A DNA stretch of 64,000 bases. It comes from Escherichia coli. GTDB taxonomy: Bacteria; Pseudomonadota; Gammaproteobacteria; Enterobacterales; Enterobacteriaceae. The DNA lies in the NCBI RefSeq assembly GCF_044324875.1, contig NZ_CP172185.1. One strand, 5' to 3'. The notes beneath the pieces were generated by a model. It worked only from the letters and a program-made list of their open reading frames with translations, did no database searches and was not told the DNA's origin. Positions within the stretch are counted from its first letter, which is position 1. Each line of letters starts with the position of its first letter. The position numbers were made by a program, and so were the translations under genes. Of the stretch, positions 11,735 to 21,762 are shown piece by piece.

Positions 11735-12241
11735 TTATTTCTTCGCTTCCACGCCATCAGTTTCAGAGCGAATTAAGAATTTCTCAGTTGTTTGCGGAAT
11801 ATGCTGAATTAGCCAGTCGGCCATGTGCTTTTCCTCATTTAAAATCGCTTCGATAATCGGAATTGAGGCTGTATCACCGGCATTTTTTGCTGCTGCTAAG
11901 AGTGAGGTATAACAGGCGATTTCAAATTGCTCGAAGACATATCCGCTAATAGAGCCTTTGACTATTTCATCAGAAGGGAATATACCACCGATTGACTGTC
12001 CAAGCGCAGCCATTTTACTCATGGAATCTTTAATGACTGAACGTGAAATGTCATTACGATCAAGAATAGTTTCCAGTTGAACAATCTGGTTTTTGGTTTC
12101 ACTAAGATGTTGTTCAATACGAGCGCGTAGTTCAGGATAATTATCTATACGACTGGCCATGGATTCAAGCATAGATTCGGCTTGCTTTTCCATTGCGTGG
12201 GCGTCACGTAACCAGTCATGATAATGTTCAATACGATTCAT
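11735..12241 (-). CDS. yciE: ferritin-like/DUF892 stress protein YciE
   Basis: 168-aa ORF matches remembered YciE. Confidence 0.9.
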   Translation of the reverse strand: MNRIEHYHDWLRDAHAMEKQAESMLESMASRIDNYPELRARIEQHLSETKNQIVQLETILDRNDISRSVIKDSMSKMAALGQSIGGIFPSDEIVKGSISGYVFEQFEIACYTSLLAAAKNAGDTASIPIIEAILNEEKHMADWLIQHIPQTTEKFLIRSETDGVEAKK

Positions 12242-12286
12242 GAAAATGTCCTCTTTATAAAATGACTAAAAGTTAAAGTTCATATT

Positions 12287-12787
12287 TCAGGCTTTATTTT
12301 CGGCTTTCTTATTTACGTTATTAAGGGCCAGATCAGTCAGTTTGATGTCTGTGGCCTTTTCTTCTTCCAAAGTTTCTTTCAGAAGCTTCGCTGCTTTACG
12401 GTAACCTAATTGTTCAGCCAGCGTCGCTAAGGTCCCGTAACTGGCGATCTCATAGTGCTCGACTTTCTGTGCAGCGGCAATTAGTGCGGCATCACGTACT
12501 TCGTTTTTCTCGGTGCTTTCGATGACCTCATTAGCTTCTTCAATGAGACCTTCCATTGCCACACATTTCATGCGCTTAATTTTCAGGTTCGATTCAGATT
12601 CCACAACTTGATCAATTCGTTCAATCTGTCCATGAGTTTCCTCGAGGTGCGCATGAAAAGCCTGACTTAATTTTTCATTTGATGTTGCTCTTGCGAGTTT
12701 TGCCAGTGCCCGGGTTAATTGTTTTTCTGCGCTGTAGGTATCTGAAAGCAGGTGAATAAATACATCTTCAATGGTCTTCATATTCAT
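12287..12787 (-). CDS. yciF: ferritin-like/DUF892 stress protein YciF
   Basis: ORF trimmed to MNMKTIEDVF (166 aa); paralogue of YciE. Confidence 0.88.
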   Translation of the reverse strand: MNMKTIEDVFIHLLSDTYSAEKQLTRALAKLARATSNEKLSQAFHAHLEETHGQIERIDQVVESESNLKIKRMKCVAMEGLIEEANEVIESTEKNEVRDAALIAAAQKVEHYEIASYGTLATLAEQLGYRKAAKLLKETLEEEKATDIKLTDLALNNVNKKAENKA

Positions 12788-12872
12788 ATTTTTCTCCAGT
12801 GAAATCACTGCGAGCCATACGGCCCGCAGATGCAATTATCTTTATCAGCTGATATTAATAATTAACGGTGAA

Positions 12873-13052
12873 TCAGGATTTTCCTGATTTATTACCACCG
12901 CTTTGTTGACCGCCTTTTTTACCCGCTTCGGATGCGCGTTGCGGATCATTTTTAAAATTACCGCCGCTATGCTGACCGCCTTTACGGCCTGCGTCGGATG
13001 CCTTCTCACGGTCTTCGGCGAAATTTCCTGAACCACCACGATGTTCGGCCAT
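12873..13052 (-). CDS. yciG: KGG-repeat general stress protein YciG
   Basis: 59 aa from ATG at 13052 with GGGAGA SD; two internal KGGQxSGGN repeats. Confidence 0.85.
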   Translation of the reverse strand: MAEHRGGSGNFAEDREKASDAGRKGGQHSGGNFKNDPQRASEAGKKGGQQSGGNKSGKS

Positions 13053-13400
13053 GTTATTTCTCCCGTTGCGTTGCATTGTTTCATTAATATGAGTGTTGTG
13101 TGTCGACACTCATTAAAATTAGTCGCTAATGAGAATTAGTCAAATTAAGCGTAACGAGAAGAAAATGGGAAAATATATTATGAGGAAAGTTCTTGATATA
13201 TTAACAATTGCCTGAGGAATAAGTGACTTAGAGAAAATTATTGATTTTACTGGTGTTATGTTGCGGGATTAATTTATTTGATTATATTACTGTTGGGCGG
13301 AAAAATGACGTAAGTTGACGTTCGACAGGGGTAAGCGAAACGGTAAAAAGATAAATATTAAATGAATTTAGGATTTTTCTGGCTTCGTTAAAGAAAGTTA

Positions 13401-13428
13401 AAATGCCGCCAGCGGAACTGGCGGCTGT
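13401..13428 (-). terminator. trp operon terminator (trp t)
   Basis: On minus strand CAGCCGCCAG-ttcc-GCTGGCGGC followed by ATTTT immediately after trpA stop. Confidence 0.85.
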
Positions 13429-13432
13429 GGGA

Positions 13433-14239
13433 TTAACTGCGCGTCGCCGCTTTCATCGGTTGTACAAAAACTTTCAGTGCCACCAGCATTTTCTCTGGCT
13501 CATTAATATGTTGCTCGATGATTTTAACAATGGCTGAACCTGAAATCGCGCCTGCAGCTCCTGCATCAATCGCTGCTTTGACCTGATCCGGGGCGGAAAT
13601 ACCAAATCCCTGCAATGGAGGTGCAGCGTTGTACTCTTTCAGCTTCGCAACCAGATGATCGAGGGGTAACGCGGCGCGGTTTTCTGCGCCGGTCACGCCC
13701 GCACGTGACAATAAATAGGTGTATCCACGACCGTAGGAGGCTATCTGGCGCAGCAAATCATCGTCGGCATTCGGCGGGCAAATAAAGATAGGTGCGACAT
13801 TATGACGCAACGCGGCCTGGCGGAAGGGAGCGGACTCTTCCACTGGCACATCGGCAACCAGCACCGAATCGACGCCGACTTTCTCGCACTGGGCATAAAA
13901 CTCATCAATGCCTTTGTTAAACACCAGGTTGGCATACATCAAAAGGCCGATGGGAATGGTCGGGTGCTTCTGGCGAATCAGTGCCAGCATCTCAAAGCAC
14001 TGTGCCGGGGTCACACCTGCCGCAAAGGCACGCAGTGTGGCGTTTTGAATCGTCGGGCCATCCGCCAGTGGGTCGGAGAAGGGGATACCTAACTCCAGCG
14101 CGTCAGCACCGGCTTCAATTAGCGTGTCGATAATTTTCAGCGACTGCTCAATGCCCGGATCACCGAGCGTGACGAAAGGAACGAATGCGCCTTCTTTGCG
14201 CTCCTTCAACTGGGCAAACAGAGATTCGTAGCGTTCCAT
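13433..14239 (-). CDS. trpA: tryptophan synthase alpha subunit
   Basis: 268 aa [12 protein letters not shown]...; 1-nt overlap with trpB. Confidence 0.97.
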   Translation of the reverse strand: MERYESLFAQLKERKEGAFVPFVTLGDPGIEQSLKIIDTLIEAGADALELGIPFSDPLADGPTIQNATLRAFAAGVTPAQCFEMLALIRQKHPTIPIGLLMYANLVFNKGIDEFYAQCEKVGVDSVLVADVPVEESAPFRQAALRHNVAPIFICPPNADDDLLRQIASYGRGYTYLLSRAGVTGAENRAALPLDHLVAKLKEYNAAPPLQGFGISAPDQVKAAIDAGAAGAISGSAIVKIIEQHINEPEKMLVALKVFVQPMKAATRS

Positions 14240-15432
14240 CAGATTTCCCCTCGTGCTTTCAAAATATCGTGAACGGTGAAGATGTCTTTATCGCCGCGAC
14301 CGGAAAGGTTAACCACCAGTAGCTGCTCTTTTTCCGGGTTTTCGCGCATCATTTTCAGCGCATGGGCCAGGGCGTGGGAGGATTCTAGCGCCGGGATGAT
14401 CCCTTCGTGCAGGCACAGCGTTTTGAAGGCTTCCAGTGCTTCATCATCGGTAATTGACACGTAATCAGCGCGTCCAGTGCTGTTAAGATACGCGTGTTGT
14501 GGGCCGACAGACGGGAAATCCAGTCCGGCGGAGATGGAGTAAGATTCTTCAATCTGTCCGTCTTCGGTTTGCATCATCGGCGCTTTCATACCGAAATAGA
14601 TGCCCACGCGACCGTGTTTTAACGGTGCGCCGTGCTCGCCAGTTTCGATACCGTGACCGCCTGGTTCGACACCAATCAGGCCGACGTCGGTTTCGTTGAT
14701 AAAATCAGCAAACATGCCGATGGCATTCGAACCGCCGCCAACACAGGCGATAACCGCATCCGGCAGGCGACCTTCTCTTTCCAGAATCTGCGCTTTCGTT
14801 TCTTCGCCAATCATTCGCTGAAACTCACGCACAATGGTCGGGTAAGGATGCGGGCCAGCCGCGGTGCCCAGCATATAGTGCGCGGTTTCATAACTGCCGG
14901 ACCAGTCGCGTAGCGCCTCATTACAGGCATCTTTCAGCGTCGCGGAACCGCTATGCACCGGGATCACTTCCGCACCCATTAAGCGCATACGAAAAACGTT
15001 AGGCGACTGGCGCTCGACGTCTTTGGCACCCATATAAATGCGACATTTCAGGCCGAGCAGGGCGCTGGCAAGGGCCGACGCCACGCCATGCTGACCGGCT
15101 CCGGTTTCGGCGATGATTTCCGTTTTACCCATCCGCTTCGCCAGCAACGCCTGGCCGAGCACCTGGTTGGTTTTATGCGCGCCGCCGTGCAGCAAATCTT
15201 CGCGCTTCAGATACAGCGTGGTGTTCGTGCCAGCCGTAATGTTCTGGCATTTGGTCAGCGCGGTTGGACGCCCGGCATAGTTTTTCAGCAGGTCGTTGAA
15301 CTGAGCCTGAAATTCAGGATCTTTTTGCGCACTGACAAAAGCTTCTTCCAGCTGGCGCAGAGCAGGCATCAGGATTTGTGGCACGTACATGCCGCCAAAC
15401 TCACCAAAATAGGGGTTAAGTAATGTTGTCAT
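14239..15432 (-). CDS. trpB: tryptophan synthase beta subunit
   Basis: 397 aa; PLP-dependent fold, HGGAHKTN lysine motif. Confidence 0.97.
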
Positions 15433-15443
15433 TGTTCCTTTCC

Positions 15444-16805
15444 TTAATATGCGCGCAGCGTCTGGAAAACCGAGGCCAAAAGACGTGCGTCTTTGATGCC
15501 CGGTTGCGACTCTACAGCAGAATTAAAATCAAGTCCGGCGCAGCCGGTTTGTGCCGCTTCCACGCAGTTATCTGCGCCTAAGCCCCCCGCCAGCAGAACG
15601 TTGCAAAGCGATTGACCGTTTAACAGTGACCAGTCGAAACGTTGCCCGCTTCCACCCTGGCCGTTGTCTAAAACATATTTATCAACGTGCTGAAGCTCGC
15701 GGGCTGGCAGGGTTTCACCGACGCTTAATGCTTTCCAGATGGCAACGTTTTCAGGCAGCGCACCACGCAGCGTATCGATATACAGCTGATCTTCATTACC
15801 ATGCAGTTGCACTGCTGCCAGCGATAACACCTTAGCTTTGTCCACCACATCGGCAATATCGTGATTGCGGAACACGCCAACATACTGCAACGGTGCCGCA
15901 GCCATCACTTCCTGCGCCTGTTCAACGTTGACGCAACGCGGTGACGTCGCAACAAAAATCAACCCACCGTAAATTGCGCCCGCGTCATAAGCTGCTTTAG
16001 CATCTTGCCCACGCGTCAGGCCACATACTTTATTCTCACCCAGCAACACCCGGCGCACGGCGGCGTGCAAATCGTCATGGGCCATCAACGCCGAACCAAT
16101 CAGAAAACCGTTAGCGAAGTGGCTTAACTCGCGCACCTGAGCGTAAGTATTGATGCCGGATTCGCTGATTACCGTCACGTTGTGCCCCAGTTTCGGCGCA
16201 AGCTCGCGGGTACGGTTGAGATCAATCGACAAATCACGCAGATCGCGGTTGTTGATGCCAACGACCTTTGCCCCCAATGCAATGGCACGCTCCAGTTCCT
16301 CTTCATTACTGACTTCGGTCAGCACACCCATCTCCAGACTGTGGGCGACGGCGGCAAGCTGGCGATATTGTTCGTCATCAAGTACTGAAAGCATTAATAA
16401 GCAGGCATCGGCCTGGTAATAGCGCGCCAGATAGATCTGGTAAGGGTCGATTATGAAGTCTTTACATAAAATCGGCTGCGGGGCGATTTGACTGACGATG
16501 GGGAGGAAATCAAAGCTCCCCTGAAAATATTTCTCATCAGTCAGCACCGAAATTGCCGAAGCGTAATGTTTATAAATGGCGGCAATGCGTGCCGGATCGA
16601 AATCATCACGGATCACGCCTTTTGACGGCGACGCTTTTTTACACTCCAGAATAAACGCCGTGCGTGCGCCCTGAAGTGCATCATAAAAATGTCGCGTGCT
16701 CGGCTGAACCACATTCTGAAAACTGGCCAGCGGTTGCTGTTCTTTGCGGGTTTCTACCCAAATCGCCTTGTCTGCGACGATTTTCGCTAAAACGGTTTGC
16801 ATCAT
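15444..16805 (-). CDS. trpC: bifunctional indole-3-glycerol-phosphate synthase / phosphoribosylanthranilate isomerase
   Basis: 453-aa ORF in trp operon order. Confidence 0.97.
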
Positions 16806-18401
16806 TTACCCTCGTGCCGCCAGTGCGGTGACTCTGTCGTAAGCGGAACCACTGCGCAGTACCTCAAGAACGGTTTGCGCATTGGCTTGCAGATCTTCAT
16901 GGCCATGCAGGCGCATTAACATGGCGACATTCGCCGCGACGGCTGCTTCATGGGCGGCGTCGCCTTTACCTTGTAACAAGCGTGTTAAAATGTCACGGTT
17001 TTCTTCCGGTGTTCCGCCTGCCAGTTGCTCCTGGTGGTAGGGGGTCAGGCCAAAATCTTCAGCGGTCAATTGATAGCTCTTAATTTCGCCGTCATGCAGT
17101 TCGGCAACGATTGTCGGCGCGTGTAATGAAACTTCATCCATCCCGCCGCTGTGCACCACTGCCGCGCGTTGATACCCCAGCACGCGCAAGGTTTCGGCAA
17201 TCGGTAGCACCAGTTCCGGACTATAAACACCAATTAACGCCAGCGGCGGATGCGCCGGGTTAATCAATGGCCCCAGCACATTGAACAGGGTGCGGGTTTT
17301 CAGTTGCTGGCGAACCGGCATCGCGTGGCGGAATCCGGTGTGATATTTCGGCGCAAAGAGGAAACATACGCCTAACTCATCCAGCGCCTGGCGCGATTTA
17401 TCGGCGTTCATATCAAGATTAATACCGAATGCCGCCAGCAGATCCGACGAGCCGGATTTACTGGAGACGCTGCGGTTACCGTGTTTCGCCACTTTCAGCC
17501 CACAGGCCGCGGCGACAAACGCACTGGCGGTAGAAATATTGATGCTGTTGCTGCCGTCACCGCCAGTACCGACGATATCAGCAAACAGATAATCCGGGCG
17601 CGGGAACGGCGCTGCGTTTTCCAGTAGCGCGGTTGCTGCCCCGGCGATCTCGTTCGGGTGCTCACCGCGAATTTTCATGCTCACCAGCGCCGCCGCCAGT
17701 TGTTCCGGCTTCAGCTCGCCACGCACCACCGCTGAAAACAGCTGGTGACTTTCTTGTTGGCTAAGCGTCTGCGCCTGATACAGTTTTTCCAGAATCGGTT
17801 GCAGCGTGTTAGTCGGTTCCAGTTTCTGCTGCGCCCAGGCCAATGTTTGTTCCAGCAGGCGAGCGCCCTGGGTAGTAAGAATGGATTCCGGATGGAACTG
17901 GAATCCACAAACGCGATCTGCATCGTGACGCACCGCCATCACCATGCCATTAAAATGGGCGTTGATGGTTAAACCGGCCGGAATGTTACTGCCAACCAGC
18001 GAGTGATAACGCGCCACTGGCAGCGGGTTTGTTAATCCGGCAAACATCGCCTGACCGTCATGTTCAATGCTGGAGGCTTTACCGTGAAGAATTTCGCCCG
18101 CCTGACCGACATACCCCCCATAAGCTTCGACAATCGCCTGATGACCGAGGCAAATGCCAATAATTGGCAGCTTGCCGCGCAGGCGGGTGAGGAGTTCCGG
18201 CATACAACCGGCTTCGCTTGGCACACCGGGGCCAGGAGAAAGCATCAGCACCGGATTGCTCATTGTCGCCAGGCGTTCAATTAAGGTCTGCGCCGGAATA
18301 TGGTTGCGGTAAATCACCACGTTATGACCATTGCTGCGCAACTGATCTGCCAGGTTGTAAGTAAAAGAGTCGATATTATCGAGCAGCAGAATGTCAGCCA
18401 T
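16806..18401 (-). CDS. trpD: anthranilate synthase component II / anthranilate phosphoribosyltransferase
   Basis: 531-aa fusion of glutamine amidotransferase (GICLGHQ) and PRT domains. Confidence 0.97.
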   Translation of the reverse strand: MADILLLDNIDSFTYNLADQLRSNGHNVVIYRNHIPAQTLIERLATMSNPVLMLSPGPGVPSEAGCMPELLTRLRGKLPIIGICLGHQAIVEAYGGYVGQAGEILHGKASSIEHDGQAMFAGLTNPLPVARYHSLVGSNIPAGLTINAHFNGMVMAVRHDADRVCGFQFHPESILTTQGARLLEQTLAWAQQKLEPTNTLQPILEKLYQAQTLSQQESHQLFSAVVRGELKPEQLAAALVSMKIRGEHPNEIAGAATALLENAAPFPRPDYLFADIVGTGGDGSNSINISTASAFVAAACGLKVAKHGNRSVSSKSGSSDLLAAFGINLDMNADKSRQALDELGVCFLFAPKYHTGFRHAMPVRQQLKTRTLFNVLGPLINPAHPPLALIGVYSPELVLPIAETLRVLGYQRAAVVHSGGMDEVSLHAPTIVAELHDGEIKSYQLTAEDFGLTPYHQEQLAGGTPEENRDILTRLLQGKGDAAHEAAVAANVAMLMRLHGHEDLQANAQTVLEVLRSGSAYDRVTALAARG

Positions 18402-19963
18402 CAGAAAGTCTCCTGTGCATGGTGCGCGGTGGCGATAGCGCGCAGTACAGCGCGGGCTTTATTTCGGGTTTCGTCGGCTTCCGACTGCGGAACAGAATCA
18501 AGGACTACGCCAGCACCGGCTTGCACGGTGGCGATACCGTTTTCCACCAGCGCCGAGCGGATCACAATGCAGGTGTCGAGATCGCCATGCGCGGTGAAAT
18601 AACCTACCGCGCCGCCGTAGCTGCCGCGGCGACGACCTTCCGCCTCGGCAATTAACTGCATAGCGCGTACTTTCGGTGCACCGCTTAACGTCCCCATATT
18701 CATACAGGCGCGGTAAGCGTGCAGGGCGTCGAGATCGTGGCGCAGCTCACCGACCACGCGGGAGACCAGGTGCATCACGTAAGAGTAACGGTCAACTTTG
18801 GTGAGATCGGCGACGTAGCGGCTGCCGGGGGTGCAAATGCGCGCCAGGTCATTACGGGCGAGATCCACCAGCATCAGATGTTCAGAAAGCTCTTTATGAT
18901 CGGTACGCATTTCCAGTTCGATGCGGCTGTCGAGGTCTCTGTCCAGCGAGCCATCGGCGCGACGACCGCGCGGGCGTGTTCCGGCAATCGGGTAGATCTC
19001 AATCTGGCGGCTGGTGGCGTCATACTTGAGCGAACTTTCCGGCGACGCGCCAAACAGGGTGAAATCATTATCCTGCATAAAAAACATGTACGGGCTGGGA
19101 TTACTCTTTTTCAGCACGTAATAGGCCGCCAGCGGTGACGGGCAGGGCAGAGAGAAACGGCGAGATGGTACGACCTGGAAAATTTCTCCGGCGCGAATCG
19201 CTTTTTGCAACAAACGCACTACGCCACCGAACTCTTCATCGCTCTGGTTACATTCACAACGCATATGCGGCACGGAAACCACCGGCAGCGGTGGCGCGGT
19301 TTCAGTCAGTTGCTGGCGAAGATCGTTCAGGCGAGCAGTGAGACGTTGTTTTTCTTCTTCATTCGGAGCAAACAGACTGGCCTGAATGCGGGTGCTTTTT
19401 TTCTGATGGTCAATCACCATCAGCGTTTCAGCGAGATAAAAACAGAAATCAGGGCAGTTATTTTCCGCTGACAGTTGCGGTAAATCTTCAAACCCCACCA
19501 CAAGGTCATAAGAGAACAGGCCGCCGAAGAACATTGCTTCTCGTTCTTCCTTCGGTACATGCAACAGATTCTGTAATAAGCGGAAAGCGTCAAAAACCGA
19601 AAGGGAGCATAAGCGGGCGTCTTCATCCAGCAGTGGACTGACAGGGGGGAAGCGCAGCACACGGCAGTTTGGTGATTGTTCATTTTCCACACCCGCAGGC
19701 AGGGCGTTATCCAGTAGTGCCAGCAGGGCTTCACCATTGCCGGAAAGTGCCTGAATTGTGACCGTGTCACCTAATGCTGTAATGCGCAGCGCACTGTCTA
19801 CCAGCAGCAGGCTTTTTAAATCATCTTTGCTGTCGATATCTGCGGATTCCAGCAGCAGCGTTGCTGGACGATTCCCACACAACTGGTGAAAAAGCGCAGT
19901 CGGGTTGTCGCGATAAGCGCCTTCGCAGGTTAGCAGTTCAAGAGTCGGTTTTTGTGTTTGCAT
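18401..19963 (-). CDS. trpE: anthranilate synthase component I
   Basis: 520-aa [28 protein letters not shown]... Confidence 0.97.
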   Translation of the reverse strand: MQTQKPTLELLTCEGAYRDNPTALFHQLCGNRPATLLLESADIDSKDDLKSLLLVDSALRITALGDTVTIQALSGNGEALLALLDNALPAGVENEQSPNCRVLRFPPVSPLLDEDARLCSLSVFDAFRLLQNLLHVPKEEREAMFFGGLFSYDLVVGFEDLPQLSAENNCPDFCFYLAETLMVIDHQKKSTRIQASLFAPNEEEKQRLTARLNDLRQQLTETAPPLPVVSVPHMRCECNQSDEEFGGVVRLLQKAIRAGEIFQVVPSRRFSLPCPSPLAAYYVLKKSNPSPYMFFMQDNDFTLFGASPESSLKYDATSRQIEIYPIAGTRPRGRRADGSLDRDLDSRIELEMRTDHKELSEHLMLVDLARNDLARICTPGSRYVADLTKVDRYSYVMHLVSRVVGELRHDLDALHAYRACMNMGTLSGAPKVRAMQLIAEAEGRRRGSYGGAVGYFTAHGDLDTCIVIRSALVENGIATVQAGAGVVLDSVPQSEADETRNKARAVLRAIATAHHAQETF

Positions 19964-19984
19964 TGTTATTCTCTAATTTTGTTC

Positions 19985-20012
19985 AAAAAAAAGCCCGCTC
20001 ATTAGGCGGGCT
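19985..20012 (-). terminator. trp attenuator (3:4 terminator hairpin + U tract)
   Basis: Minus strand reads AGCCCGCCTAATGAGCGGGCTTTTTTTT between trpL and trpE. Confidence 0.9.
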
Positions 20013-20054
20013 GGGTATCTGATTGCTTTACGCATGGTGAATACACTGCCCGTT

Positions 20055-20099
20055 TCAGGAAGTGCGCCACCAACCTTTCAGTACGAAAATTGCTTTCAT
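20055..20099 (-). CDS. trpL: trp operon leader peptide (14 aa, tandem Trp codons)
   Basis: ATG AAA GCA ATT TTC GTA CTG AAA GGT TGG TGG CGC ACT TCC TGA read on minus strand. Confidence 0.93.
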
Positions 20100-20119
20100 T
20101 GTCGATACCCTTTTTACGT

Positions 20120-20162
20120 GAACTTGCGTACTAGTTAACTAGTTCGATGATTAATTGTCAAC
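20120..20162 (-). promoter_or_regulatory. trp promoter and TrpR operator
   Basis: Minus strand TTGACA-attaatcatcgaactag-TTAACT with operator palindrome CGAACTAGTTAACTAGTACG overlapping the -10. Confidence 0.9.
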
Positions 20163-20236
20163 AGCTCATTTCAGAATATTTGCCAGAACCGTTATGATGT
20201 CGGCGCAAAAAACATTATCCAGAACGGGAGTGCGCC

Positions 20237-21118
20237 TTGAGCGACACGAATTACGCAGTGATTTACGACCTGCACAGCCATACCACAGCTTCCGATGGCT
20301 GCCTGACGCCAGAAGCATTGGTGCACCGTGCAGTCGAGATGCGCGTCGGCACCCTGGCGATCACCGACCATGACACCACAGCTGCAATCGCGCCAGCAAG
20401 AGAGGAAATTTCACGTTCGGGACTGGCGCTGAATCTTATTCCCGGCGTGGAAATTTCCACGGTCTGGGAAAATCATGAAATTCATATTGTCGGGCTGAAT
20501 ATTGATATTACTCATCCGCTAATGTGTGAGTTCCTCGCGCAGCAGACAGAACGGCGCAATCAGCGGGCGCAGCTGATTGCCGAAAGACTTGAAAAAGCGC
20601 AAATACCAGGTGCGCTGGAAGGCGCGCAACGACTGGCGCAGGGCGGTGCGGTGACGCGCGGTCATTTTGCGCGTTTCCTTGTGGAGTGCGGCAAAGCCAG
20701 TTCAATGGCGGATGTCTTTAAAAAATATCTGGCGCGCGGGAAAACCGGATACGTTCCGCCACAGTGGTGTACAATAGAACAAGCTATTGATGTCATTCAT
20801 CATTCTGGCGGTAAGGCGGTGCTAGCTCATCCTGGGCGGTACAATCTTAGTGCTAAATGGCTGAAAAGATTGGTTGCGCATTTTGCTGAACACCACGGCG
20901 ACGCGATGGAAGTCGCGCAGTGCCAGCAATCGCCCAATGAACGCACCCAGCTGGCGACACTTGCGCGTCAGCATCATTTATGGGCATCACAAGGATCTGA
21001 TTTTCATCAGCCATGCCCGTGGATCGAACTGGGTCGTAAACTCTGGCTGCCCGCAGGCGTTGAAGGCGTCTGGCAGCTATGGGAACAGCCGCAGAACACC
21101 ACAGAGAGGGAATTATGA
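20237..21118 (+). CDS. yciV: PHP-domain 5'-3' exoribonuclease (RNase AM; YciV/TrpH)
   Basis: 293 aa from TTG start; HSHT...DG and ITDHD PHP motifs. Confidence 0.9.
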   Translation: MSDTNYAVIYDLHSHTTASDGCLTPEALVHRAVEMRVGTLAITDHDTTAAIAPAREEISRSGLALNLIPGVEISTVWENHEIHIVGLNIDITHPLMCEFLAQQTERRNQRAQLIAERLEKAQIPGALEGAQRLAQGGAVTRGHFARFLVECGKASSMADVFKKYLARGKTGYVPPQWCTIEQAIDVIHHSGGKAVLAHPGRYNLSAKWLKRLVAHFAEHHGDAMEVAQCQQSPNERTQLATLARQHHLWASQGSDFHQPCPWIELGRKLWLPAGVEGVWQLWEQPQNTTEREL

Positions 21119-21735
21119 GCCAGTTTTTTTATATTCATCCTGATAATCCGCAGCAACGTCTGATCAACCAAGCGGTGGAGATCGTGCGTAAAGGCGGGGT
21201 GATTGTTTATCCAACCGATTCCGGCTATGCGCTCGGCTGTAAAATTGAAGATAAAAACGCCATGGAGCGTATTTGTCGAATTCGCCAGCTGCCGGACGGT
21301 CACAACTTTACCCTGATGTGTCGCGATCTTTCTGAGCTCTCGACCTATTCATTCGTGGATAACGTTGCGTTTCGTTTGATGAAAAACAACACGCCGGGCA
21401 ACTACACCTTCATCCTGAAAGGGACGAAGGAGGTGCCACGCCGTCTGTTGCAGGAAAAACGCAAAACCATCGGTATGCGTGTGCCTTCTAACCCGATTGC
21501 GCAGGCGTTGCTTGAAGCACTGGGCGAACCGATGCTTTCCACTTCGCTAATGCTGCCAGGCAGCGAATTTACCGAATCCGATCCGGAAGAAATTAAAGAC
21601 CGTCTGGAAAAACAGGTGGACTTGATTATTCACGGCGGCTATCTCGGGCAGAAACCAACAACGGTTATTGATCTTACTGATGATACGCCGGTCGTGGTGC
21701 GTGAAGGCGTAGGTGATGTGAAGCCTTTCTTATAA
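21115..21735 (+). CDS. yciO: Sua5/YrdC-family protein YciO
   Basis: 206 aa from ATG at 21115 (ATGA overlap with yciV stop); matches remembered YciO. Confidence 0.88.
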   Translation: MSQFFYIHPDNPQQRLINQAVEIVRKGGVIVYPTDSGYALGCKIEDKNAMERICRIRQLPDGHNFTLMCRDLSELSTYSFVDNVAFRLMKNNTPGNYTFILKGTKEVPRRLLQEKRKTIGMRVPSNPIAQALLEALGEPMLSTSLMLPGSEFTESDPEEIKDRLEKQVDLIIHGGYLGQKPTTVIDLTDDTPVVVREGVGDVKPFL

Positions 21736-21762
21736 CAAATTGCGTTCCACGGATGGAAGACT

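Noticed and set aside
12845-13084. 79-aa ORF overlapping yciG in another frame and the longer 78-aa yciG extension
   Set aside because: Generated by the internal yciG DNA repeat; the ATG at 13052 with GGGAGA SD gives the 59-aa product that matches YciG.
13802-19471. Numerous 60-140 aa ORFs antisense to or out of frame within trpA-trpE
   Set aside because: Embedded in highly confident trp genes, no SD signals; expected from GC-rich coding DNA.
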